Below, piece by piece: positions 15,285 through 22,618 of a stretch of DNA of 24,000 bases. Origin of the DNA: Megasphaera intestinihominis. GTDB taxonomy: Bacteria; Bacillota; Negativicutes; Veillonellales; Megasphaeraceae. Made by a program: the position numbers and the translations under genes. The notes under the pieces were generated by a model. It made no database searches, had not been told where the DNA came from, and saw only the letters and a program-made list of their open reading frames with translations. Position 1 is the first letter of the stretch; every line of letters begins with the position of its first letter. The DNA lies in assembly GCF_040096415.1 (NCBI RefSeq), contig NZ_JBBMEU010000010.1:20143-44142 (forward strand), written 5' to 3'.

Positions 15285-16444
15285 AAAAGCATTACCAGGC
15301 CAATCAGACCGCCCTGCCCTTGACAGCTGGGGCCATCGGCTATGTCAGCTATGACTACGGCCTGGCACTCCATGGGATGAAATCCCGCCACGCCCCTGCC
15401 TTTCCCCTGCCTGATATGAAGTGGGTCTTTTACGATTTCTTCATCATCGAACACCGGCAAAGCCACGCCGTATGGTTTGCTGCCAATGGCCAGACGATGC
15501 CGGCCGAAGCCCTGCTAGCACAGATGGAAGAGAAAATCCGGACTCGCCTTCAGGAAAAAACGCTCCCGCATACTGACGAAAATAGCCAATATGCCTTAAC
15601 CGTCCAAGCCGACAGCACGCCGGAAACCTATGGAAAGGCTTTACAAAAACTCCGAGATTATCTCTTTGCCGGCGATGTCTATGTGACGAATTTCACCAGC
15701 ACCTTAACCGTCCAGAGCCACTGCCCGCCGTACACCTTCTTTTCCCGTCTGCGCCGGGACAATCCGTCCCCTTTCGGGGCTTATTTACAATATGGCTCTT
15801 ATCAAATCATCAGTGCTTCCATGGAACGGCTGCTGTGCCTGCGCCATGACCAGATTGAAACGCGTCCCATCAAGGGCACACGGCGCCGCGGCAAGACGCC
15901 TGCTGAAGATGAAAAGCTGCGACAGGAACTGGCTCAATCGCAAAAAGACCAGAGTGAATTACTGATGATCGTCGATTTGGAGCGCAATGACCTGCACAAA
16001 ATCAGCCAGCCTGGCAGCGTTTCGGTTCCGACGCTGTTTGCCATCGAGCCATATGCCACGGTTTTCCATTTAGTCGCCGATGTAACAGGGACCCTGCGGC
16101 CTGGGCAGACAGCCATTGATGCCTTGATGGCCCTCTTTCCAGGCGGCTCCATTACGGGTGCACCGAAGCGGCGGGCTATGGAAATCATCGACGAATTAGA
16201 ATTCAGCTGGCGCCAGCTTTATACCGGAACGATTGGCTACCTGTCTTTAGATGGGAACTGTGACTTAAACATTGTCATACGGACGGCCGTCCACTACGAT
16301 GACCGATATACCATAGGCGTAGGCGGTGGTATTACGGCCGAATCGGACGTACATTTCGAATACGAAGAAATCTGGCAAAAAGCCAAAGCCTTGCTCAGCG
16401 CATTGAAAGGAGATGTTTTTGATTATGAATCTTATCTTAGATGA
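15257..16444 (+). pseudogene. pabB: Aminodeoxychorismate synthase component I lacking its N-terminal ~95 residues, out of frame with the pabA fragment
   Basis: Chorismate-binding blocks PIKGTRRRG, LMIVDLERND, FPGGSITGAPK and IRTA are present. Family similarity starts at ...ETYLKAYLKKHYQANQTALPLTAGAIGYVSYDYG. No SD-preceded start. The track start is a TTG (15281) overlapping the pabA' stop (TTGA). Confidence 0.7.
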
Positions 16445-17216
16445 TGGCTCCCAATTCGGATTGGGAGCTTTTGAAACCATTCCCGTCTATCAGGGTCGGC
16501 CAGTCTGGCTGGAGGCTCATGAAAGGCGTTTACGACATACGTTGGAATATTTAGGGATTGACCTTCCTTTTGATTGGGAAAATTATTTATGGGAGTATGT
16601 GTATGGTATGGATGGGGAGGATTGGGTGTTAAAAATACTCGCTTCCGATAAAAATATAAATTTTACATCCCGTGCCAATCCTTATGCATCTATGGCCGAC
16701 CGTCCAGGTTATGTCATCGCCCTGTCGTCCATTCGCCACAATGAAACGTCCCCACTGGTACGGCATAAGACCTTTAATTATGGCGACTCGATCTTAGCCA
16801 AACGGCAGGCCCGGGCCGAAGGTATTGACGAACCGATTTTCTGCAATATGCAGGGCCAATTGACAGAAGGCGCTGTCAGCAATCTCTTTTTCATCAAAAA
16901 CGGGCGGCTCTATACGCCGCCCGTCGAAGCCGGATTATTGCCAGGCATCATCCGGTCTTATCTCTGTCAATGTTATGATGTCATCGAAAAGCCCTTGTAT
17001 CCGGAAGATATCCGGACTTTCGACGAGTGTTTCCTGACGAACTCCCTCATGGGACTCATGCCGGTCCGCCGCTTTGGCACCGTCGCTTTTCCCGTATCCT
17101 CAGAGACGCAGACGGCTGCCTTATTCCGCCGTTATGAAGCAGACAAAAGCCTGTCCTTCCCACTCTCTATAAGACGAGCTGGTGAAAGACCTGGCCGTCC
17201 ATGTCCTTCCAGGTGA
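16425..17216 (+). CDS. pabC: Aminodeoxychorismate lyase (class IV aminotransferase fold)
   Basis: Overlaps the pabB end. Fold-type IV motifs: FETIPVY, HKTFNY (Lys) and EGAVSNLFF. Start is ambiguous among 16413, 16419 (TTG) and 16425. The 3' end overlaps the convergent yfcE-like gene by 50 nt. Confidence 0.75.
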   Translation: MNLILDDGSQFGLGAFETIPVYQGRPVWLEAHERRLRHTLEYLGIDLPFDWENYLWEYVYGMDGEDWVLKILASDKNINFTSRANPYASMADRPGYVIALSSIRHNETSPLVRHKTFNYGDSILAKRQARAEGIDEPIFCNMQGQLTEGAVSNLFFIKNGRLYTPPVEAGLLPGIIRSYLCQCYDVIEKPLYPEDIRTFDECFLTNSLMGLMPVRRFGTVAFPVSSETQTAALFRRYEADKSLSFPLSIRRAGERPGRPCPSR

Positions 17217-17712
17217 AGGTGTCCCCGTCCCAGAGGAGATAGCTGTGCGGGCTGTTTTCCTTAGGAAGCGACGTCGAGCCGGGATTCAAGTAATAGTTAT
17301 CCTGGCCGAAGGGCTGCCAGACCGGGACGTGCGTATGGCCGTGGAGCAGGATGTCGCCAGGCTGCATGGGCGGCAGGGATGCCAGATTGTAGCGGTCGCC
17401 ATGAGTCGCATAGACGAGGCGGCTGCCCTGGGTCAGGATGGCATAGGTGGCCATGATGGGAAATTCCAGGACCATCTGGTCCACGTCGGCATCACAGTTC
17501 CCGCGGACACAGAGGATGGCCTCTTTGACTGCGTTGAGCATGGCAAAGACTTCCTTCGGCGCATAGTCCTTGGGCAGGTCGTTGCGCGGTCCGTGATAGA
17601 GGATATCGCCGAGCAGGACCAGGCGGTCAGCCCCTTCCCGCTTCCAGGCGTCGAGCATACGGCGGCAGTAATAAGCCGAGCCGTGGATATCTGAAGCAAT
17701 GAAGAATTTCAT
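17167..17712 (-). CDS. yfcE: YfcE-type metallophosphoesterase (MJ0936 family)
   Basis: 181 aa. ASDIHGS, LGDILYHGPRN, VRGNCD and HGHTH match my recollection of E. coli YfcE along the whole length. Confidence 0.85.
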   Translation of the reverse strand: MKFFIASDIHGSAYYCRRMLDAWKREGADRLVLLGDILYHGPRNDLPKDYAPKEVFAMLNAVKEAILCVRGNCDADVDQMVLEFPIMATYAILTQGSRLVYATHGDRYNLASLPPMQPGDILLHGHTHVPVWQPFGQDNYYLNPGSTSLPKENSPHSYLLWDGDTFTWKDMDGQVFHQLVL

Positions 17713-18822
17713 TTATTTCGCCCCTTTCTTGGCATCGATGGCGGCAAAGACCGTACAGTAGTTGCCTTCCGGCGTCCGGCATTTCGAGCAGTGGACACAG
17801 CGGGCCGGCCGCAAATCGCCCTGGTTCCAGCGGCGGACCAAACCCGGTTCCGATAATAAGGGCCGGCTCAGGCCGATACCGGCCAGTTTCGATGTCTTCA
17901 AGGCCGTTTCCATCTGCCGCGGGTCCTTGAAGCCGCCCGTTACATAGACAGGGACGCGTACGGCGTCGGCTATGTCTTTGGCATAATCGAGGAAATATCC
18001 GCCGTCGCGGATGACGTGGCCATCCCATTCCAGGCCGATTTCCTGCTGGGCCTTGCCGTGGATATTGCCGCTCACTTCGATGGCGTCGATACCAGACTGC
18101 TGCAGGCGCCGGCAGATATCCAGCGAATCTTCAAAGGTCAGGCCGCCTTCAAAGAAATCGGAACAGGTAATCTTGATCCAGATGGGGAAATGCGGGCCCG
18201 CTGCCTGACGGATAGCCGCGATGATATCGCCGACGATACGGTAGCGATTGGCCGGCGAACCGCCATAGGCATCGCAGCGCCGGTTGTAATAGGGACTGAG
18301 GAACTGATTGAGCAGGTACGAATGGCCGCCGTGGATTTCGACAGCATCGAATCCGCTGTCGCGGACGCGCTTGGCCGCCTGGGCATATTCGCCGATGAGG
18401 TGCTGGATATCGGCCGGACTCATGGCGACACCGACAGTCCCGGTCTTTCGTTCCGGCACGGCTGACGGCGAAAAGATAGTCCGCCCTTCCCGCTCAAAGG
18501 TCGTCTTGGTCCCGCCATAGGCGATCTGCATCATGATCTTCGCCCCATAGGCATGGACGCGCCGGGTTAACTCCTGATACTGCGGGATAAAGGCATCGTC
18601 ATAAATGCCCATCATGCCGGCGTTGGGCCGGTCTTCCCCATCGACGCGGGCATAGCCCGTACAGATCAGGCCCACTTCGTTCTTGGCCAGCTGGTCGTAG
18701 ATGCGGTACTGTTTTTCCGACATATAACCCTTGGCATCGGCCAAGGCTTCCCACGTCGCACTGCGGAGGATGCGATTGCGCACGGGCATCCCGGCGATGA
18801 CGGCATGTTCCAATAATTTCAT
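17713..18822 (-). CDS. NADH:flavin oxidoreductase (Old Yellow Enzyme family) with a C-terminal Cys cluster
   Basis: 369 aa. TIM-barrel OYE blocks GFDAVEIHGGHSYLLNQFLSP and NRRCDAYGGS. C-terminal CVHCSKC...C. Its stop codon abuts the yfcE ATG, so the two form an operon. Confidence 0.85.
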   Translation of the reverse strand: MKLLEHAVIAGMPVRNRILRSATWEALADAKGYMSEKQYRIYDQLAKNEVGLICTGYARVDGEDRPNAGMMGIYDDAFIPQYQELTRRVHAYGAKIMMQIAYGGTKTTFEREGRTIFSPSAVPERKTGTVGVAMSPADIQHLIGEYAQAAKRVRDSGFDAVEIHGGHSYLLNQFLSPYYNRRCDAYGGSPANRYRIVGDIIAAIRQAAGPHFPIWIKITCSDFFEGGLTFEDSLDICRRLQQSGIDAIEVSGNIHGKAQQEIGLEWDGHVIRDGGYFLDYAKDIADAVRVPVYVTGGFKDPRQMETALKTSKLAGIGLSRPLLSEPGLVRRWNQGDLRPARCVHCSKCRTPEGNYCTVFAAIDAKKGAK

Positions 18823-18854
18823 ATATATAATCCCCCTTTTTTATCGATTAGTTA

Positions 18855-18882
18855 GCCACTAGCCACTAGCCACTAGCCACTA
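18855..18882 (-). repeat. Perfect tandem array (TAGTGGC)x4, GCCACTA on the plus strand
   Basis: Four identical 7-nt units. The CTAG palindrome at each junction gives TAG in all three frames on both strands. The array continues as TAACTAA TCGATAA toward the OYE RBS. Confidence 0.9.
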
Positions 18883-18886
18883 ATCC

Positions 18887-18915
18887 AGTATACGAATTTT
18901 TTGCTGAAACTGCAA
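18887..18915 (-). promoter_or_regulatory. Promoter TTGCAG-17 nt-TATACT for the OYE-yfcE operon
   Basis: Minus strand -35 at 18910-18915 and -10 at 18887-18892. The predicted start near 18880 puts the heptad array at the 5' end of the transcript. Confidence 0.45.
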
Positions 18916-18938
18916 GGCTGAAGGCTTCACGGTATCTT

Positions 18939-20411
18939 TCATCCTTCCAGCGAACGGACAACCACAGCCAGCTGACTGACAGCCTGGCGGAATTCTTCCG
19001 GCGTCGTATGGGCATAGGACAGGCGCAGAGACTGGGTGTGGCGGCTGGAATAGATATCGCCGGGATTGATGAGGACGCCAGCCGATACGGCTTTGCGGAA
19101 GAGCAGTTCCATGGGAAGTCTGCTGCGGAAGGTAAGCCAAATATAAAAACCGCCCTGCGGCACCTGCCAGTCTGCCATGTCCGCAAAGACTTCGGACAAG
19201 GACTGACAGGCTGCCTGGCAGCGCCGCTGCAATTCACAGCGCAGCCCATCCAGATACTGTTCATAACGGCCGCTGGTCAAGAACCGGGCCAAGACTTGCT
19301 GGGACAGGGAGCTGGCGCCATAGTCGATCTGCATCTTGACGTCGCCCAAACGCTGTACGACCGGTTCCGGCGCTATCATCCAGCCGATGCGCAGCCCGGG
19401 CGCCAAAGATTTGGAAACACTCCCCAAATAGAGGACCCGGCCGCCAGGGTCCAGGCTTTTCAGAGATGGCGGCGGCGTTCCGTCAAAGGTCAGTTCTTCA
19501 TATGCCCCGTCTTCAATGATGGGCAGGTCATAGCGGCTGCATAATTCCAGGAGCTGGATGCGGCGTCGGCGGCTTAGGGTCCGGCCTGTCGGATTGTGGT
19601 TCGTCGGGATGGTATAGAGGACGCTGTTGCCCCTATCTGAAGACTGGCGCAAGTGCTTTTCCAGGGCTTCCAGCGACAGGCCCTGGTCGTCCATGGGCAG
19701 GCCGCAGAGGCGAAGATGGGCAGACTGGAAGACCTGGAGCGATTTGACATACGTCGGGTCTTCGACGTAAACCGTCGCCCCGCCGCGGAGAAGCCCTGCC
19801 GATATGAGCTGGAGCCCCTGTAGGGCGCCAGACGTAATCAGGATGGACGACGGCGCCACGATTGAATTCCGCTTTCTGGCATACCCAGCCAGAGCCTGAC
19901 GCAGGGCGGGCATCCCCAACGGCTCGACATAGCCCAGGGAGGTAATGGCATCGGCCACATCCCGCAAAGTCTGGCGGAAGGCATCCTGCGGGAACAGCCT
20001 GGGGTCCAGTTCGCCCGTACCGAGACGGACCAGGCGGTCATCGAACTCCAGGGTATTGATGGCCTGGACGACTTCCTGATTGGCCCGGAAATAGCCAGCC
20101 GTCATGTAACGGTTCCAATCCGGCTGAACCGGCAGGCGCAGGGACCAGGCCGTACTGGCTACGACCGTCCCCTGGCTGCCCCGGCCCTGGAGTACGCCCG
20201 CTTCCAATAGCGGCTTCAGAGCCTGGTTCAGAGTACTCCAGTTCACCTGGAAATGCCGGGCCATCTCGCGCTGAGACGGCAGGCGCGTCCCGGCCGGCCA
20301 TTCACCGCTTTCCATTTTTCCATACATCCATTCGAGGATTTGCCGGTATACGGGCACGGCCTGCGCCGGGTCGGGATGCCATTCGATTTGCACGGGAATA
20401 TGCCGCTTCAT
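18939..20411 (-). CDS. MocR/GabR-type regulator (GntR winged-helix domain fused to an aminotransferase-fold domain)
   Basis: 490 aa from ATG 20411, with AAAGGAGA 7 nt upstream. N-terminal GntR motif LPSQREMARHFQVNWSTLNQAL. A long fold-type-I aminotransferase-like C-terminal domain. Confidence 0.88.
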   Translation of the reverse strand: MKRHIPVQIEWHPDPAQAVPVYRQILEWMYGKMESGEWPAGTRLPSQREMARHFQVNWSTLNQALKPLLEAGVLQGRGSQGTVVASTAWSLRLPVQPDWNRYMTAGYFRANQEVVQAINTLEFDDRLVRLGTGELDPRLFPQDAFRQTLRDVADAITSLGYVEPLGMPALRQALAGYARKRNSIVAPSSILITSGALQGLQLISAGLLRGGATVYVEDPTYVKSLQVFQSAHLRLCGLPMDDQGLSLEALEKHLRQSSDRGNSVLYTIPTNHNPTGRTLSRRRRIQLLELCSRYDLPIIEDGAYEELTFDGTPPPSLKSLDPGGRVLYLGSVSKSLAPGLRIGWMIAPEPVVQRLGDVKMQIDYGASSLSQQVLARFLTSGRYEQYLDGLRCELQRRCQAACQSLSEVFADMADWQVPQGGFYIWLTFRSRLPMELLFRKAVSAGVLINPGDIYSSRHTQSLRLSYAHTTPEEFRQAVSQLAVVVRSLEG

Positions 20412-20425
20412 CACATCGTCTCCTT

Positions 20426-20522
20426 TTTGGTTGGTATAATTCACATCGCTTTGGCTGGCTGGAATCCGGCATAGCTCTGTTATACTGTGATTATACCATA
20501 CGAACCAACTTTCTTTGGTTGG
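20426..20522. promoter_or_regulatory. Divergent control region: three TTTGGYTGG direct repeats and an inverted pair of TGGTATAAT boxes containing ATACCA
   Basis: TTTGGTTGG at 20426-20434, TTTGGCTGG at 20450-20458, TTTGGTTGG at 20514-20522. TGGTATAAT on plus at 20432-20440 and on minus at 20490-20498. TGTTATACT on plus at 20478-20486. Confidence 0.5.
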
Positions 20523-20541
20523 AAAAGAAGGAGGCTTTTTT

Positions 20542-21153
20542 ATGTTCTTTTTCCAAGGCCTGACCATGGGACTGGCTTACGTCGCTCCCATTGGCATGCA
20601 GAATCTCTTCGTCATCCATTCAGCGTTATCCCATTCCCTGCGCCGCACCGTCGTGACAGCGCTCATCGTCTTGTTCTTCGACATCAGTCTGTCGCTGAGC
20701 TGTTTTTACGGCATCGGCAGCCTGCTGGATCATCTTCCCTGGCTCAAAGCGGTCATTCTGGGCGCAGGTACGCTGCTCATCCTCTACATGGCCTATGGCA
20801 TGATTCGCCAGGTACCGGATGCGCTGACCCTTAAAGGTCAGCCGGCCTCTCTGGGCCAGACCGTTTCCAAAGCCTGTATCGTCACCTGGATGAAACCTCA
20901 GGCCATTTTAGACGGCACGATGCTCCTCGGCGCCTTCCGCATCACCCTGCCTGCCGCCGAAGCCACGACCTTCCTGACCGGTGTCCTCCTGGCATCGGGC
21001 CTGTGGTTCCTCTCGCTCACGGGCTGCGTCGCCGCCTTCCGCCACGCCATGACACCCCGCATCCTGCGCACCATCAACGTCCTCTGCGGCACCGTCCTCA
21101 TGCTGTACGGCCTCCATTTAGGCTATACCTTCGTGCAGTTCTTTCAAATCTGA
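20542..21153 (+). CDS. LysE/ArgO-family amino-acid exporter
   Basis: 203 aa from ATG 20542, with GAAGGAGG 7 nt upstream. N-terminus FFQGLTMGLAYVAPIGMQNLFV parallels E. coli ArgO ([22 protein letters not shown]) as I recall it. Confidence 0.85.
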   Translation: MFFFQGLTMGLAYVAPIGMQNLFVIHSALSHSLRRTVVTALIVLFFDISLSLSCFYGIGSLLDHLPWLKAVILGAGTLLILYMAYGMIRQVPDALTLKGQPASLGQTVSKACIVTWMKPQAILDGTMLLGAFRITLPAAEATTFLTGVLLASGLWFLSLTGCVAAFRHAMTPRILRTINVLCGTVLMLYGLHLGYTFVQFFQI

Positions 21154-21217
21154 GACGGATTCTCCATGATATGCAGGATTTCTGCATCGGTATGAGCCAT
21201 ACCTTGATTACCAAACT

Positions 21218-22402
21218 TTACTGATTTTTCAACTCTTTTTCGATAACGGGCCCGACTTTAGCTTCCCATGCAGCAAAATCTTTTGTTCCCGTCATGACAT
21301 GCCACGATTTAGCACGATATAAATGCCGGTACAACTTCTGATAATTCGGGTCCGACGCAGCCAATTCCTGCATGACGTCCCGACGAGCCGCTAAGAGATA
21401 CTGCGGTACGCCTTCTTTCGAAGCCGGTTTCAGGGCGGCCATCATGAAAGGCTTAGAAGTCAATAAGGCCACTAATTTTTTAGCCGATTCCACCTTATTC
21501 ACTGGAATCTGGGAAGAGATGCTGACGTAATCAACATAGGCCGTCGCTACATCGGGATGTTCACAGCTGGAAATGGCCTTCACTTCTGTATAATTACCCT
21601 GCCCGAAGCGGACAATGGCACTCATCGCTTCCGGATAGGCATACAACGCCCGGCCATGGCCCTGGGCAAACCATTCAGCCCGCGTAAATTCATTGCCATC
21701 GTCATAACGGCCCGTCGCAGTGCCCGTCATCGCGTACAATTCCTTCAAATACTGCATGGCATCTGCTTGAACGTCTCCCATGGCCTGCACGGGAACGACC
21801 TTTCCTGTATGGTCCTGAAGAATATTATAGTACTTCATTTCATTATTTAAGCTGAAATCAGCGATGACACCTTCGTCTCGTCCGGGAAGCAATGCCTGGG
21901 TCTTCCGTGGACCGATGGCTTCATAAAGCTGTTGCATCGTCTGGACACGGGATACGGCATGATCCTCTTTGTGGTAAAACAGCGTATCCATGCAGACCAT
22001 CTGCGGGATGCCGTAATACGTTCCCCGAGAGTACCCCTGTTCTAACGTCCAGTCTGGATAGGCAGAGCGGGCTGGAATGGTTTCTCCTAAGGGATAAAGC
22101 AACCCTTTTTCTATATATTGCGGCGCATAAAGGCCATCGAAGACAAAAACATCACTTTTCGGTTCTTCAAAATAGCAATCCCAATCGACGAAACGCAATG
22201 TCACATCGGGTTCGATATTCTTCCATTGCGCAGTCAAAGCCGTTTCAAAGGCCTTAATATCAGGAACATAGCGGAACAATCCTACAGTCAGCACCTTTTT
22301 GTCTGTCTCCGTTCCCTGTCCCGGTTCACTGGCCATCCCTGTCACCACAGTCATCATGGAAAAGGCCAGGCTTAAAATGATACGAAATAATCGTTGTCTC
22401 AT
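21218..22402 (-). CDS. Secreted periplasmic-binding-protein-fold protein, probably thiaminase I (thiamine pyridinylase) family
   Basis: 394 aa with a signal peptide (MRQRLFRIILSLAFSMMTVVTGMA). Blocks YVPD, DWDCY, DVFVFD, YGIPQMVCMDTLFYHKED, WFAQGHGRA and PQYLLAARR parallel my recollection of Paenibacillus thiaminase I, including a Cys at about mature position 110-113. Confidence 0.55.
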   Translation of the reverse strand: MRQRLFRIILSLAFSMMTVVTGMASEPGQGTETDKKVLTVGLFRYVPDIKAFETALTAQWKNIEPDVTLRFVDWDCYFEEPKSDVFVFDGLYAPQYIEKGLLYPLGETIPARSAYPDWTLEQGYSRGTYYGIPQMVCMDTLFYHKEDHAVSRVQTMQQLYEAIGPRKTQALLPGRDEGVIADFSLNNEMKYYNILQDHTGKVVPVQAMGDVQADAMQYLKELYAMTGTATGRYDDGNEFTRAEWFAQGHGRALYAYPEAMSAIVRFGQGNYTEVKAISSCEHPDVATAYVDYVSISSQIPVNKVESAKKLVALLTSKPFMMAALKPASKEGVPQYLLAARRDVMQELAASDPNYQKLYRHLYRAKSWHVMTGTKDFAAWEAKVGPVIEKELKNQ

Positions 22403-22460
22403 ATGCTTATCCCCTTCAACATAAATTAGCCAGCAGGCAAAGCCCTGCCAGCCAATTTAC

Positions 22461-22469
22461 ATTGTAGCA
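22461..22469 (-). promoter_or_regulatory. Extended -10 promoter TGCTACAAT for the thiaminase-like gene
   Basis: The minus strand reads TGCTACAAT, about 60 nt upstream of the ATG at 22402. Confidence 0.4.
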
Positions 22470-22500
22470 TATGTCATCATGCGTAGTCACTTTTACTTTA

Positions 22501-22528
22501 TAGTTTGAAGCACAGAGTTTGTAGTTTA
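22501..22528 (+). repeat. 7-nt-period array TAGTTTG AAGCACA GAGTTTG TAGTTTA
   Basis: [T/G]AGTTTG units at 22501, 22515 and 22522. Related to the 2113-2126 and 2161-2188 units. Confidence 0.45.
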
Positions 22529-22557
22529 CAGAGAAACCTTTTAAATTTAAAACCATT

Positions 22558-22585
22558 CGCTAACTGCTAACCGCTGACTGCTAAA
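22558..22585 (-). repeat. 7-nt-period array CGCTAAC TGCTAAC CGCTGAC TGCTAAA (minus strand: TTAGCAG TCAGCGG TTAGCAG TTAGCG)
   Basis: Plus-strand stops TAA 22561, TAA 22568, TGA 22575 and TAA 22582, spaced 7 nt, so every frame is covered. TAG occurs on the minus strand. Abuts the TerC terminator. Confidence 0.65.
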
Positions 22586-22617
22586 AAAGCACTGTCTTCA
22601 TGCGACAGTGCCTTTTT
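22583..22617. terminator. Bidirectional intrinsic terminator downstream of terC
   Basis: A6 run, perfect 8-bp stem GCACTGTC / GACAGTGC, 7-nt loop, T5 run. Confidence 0.8.
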
Positions 22618-22618
22618 A

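Noticed and set aside
18855-18882. Heptad arrays as a CRISPR array or ordinary microsatellite
   Set aside because: The units are 7 nt with no spacers, far too short for CRISPR. A simple microsatellite does not explain related degenerate arrays at three other terminator-adjacent sites, so they are reported as a repeat family instead.
21154-21217. Small hairpins (ATGCAG-N5-CTGCAT, GGTATG-N3-CATACC) between the LysE and thiaminase-like genes as terminators
   Set aside because: The stems are 6 bp with no U-runs on either strand, which is too weak to annotate.
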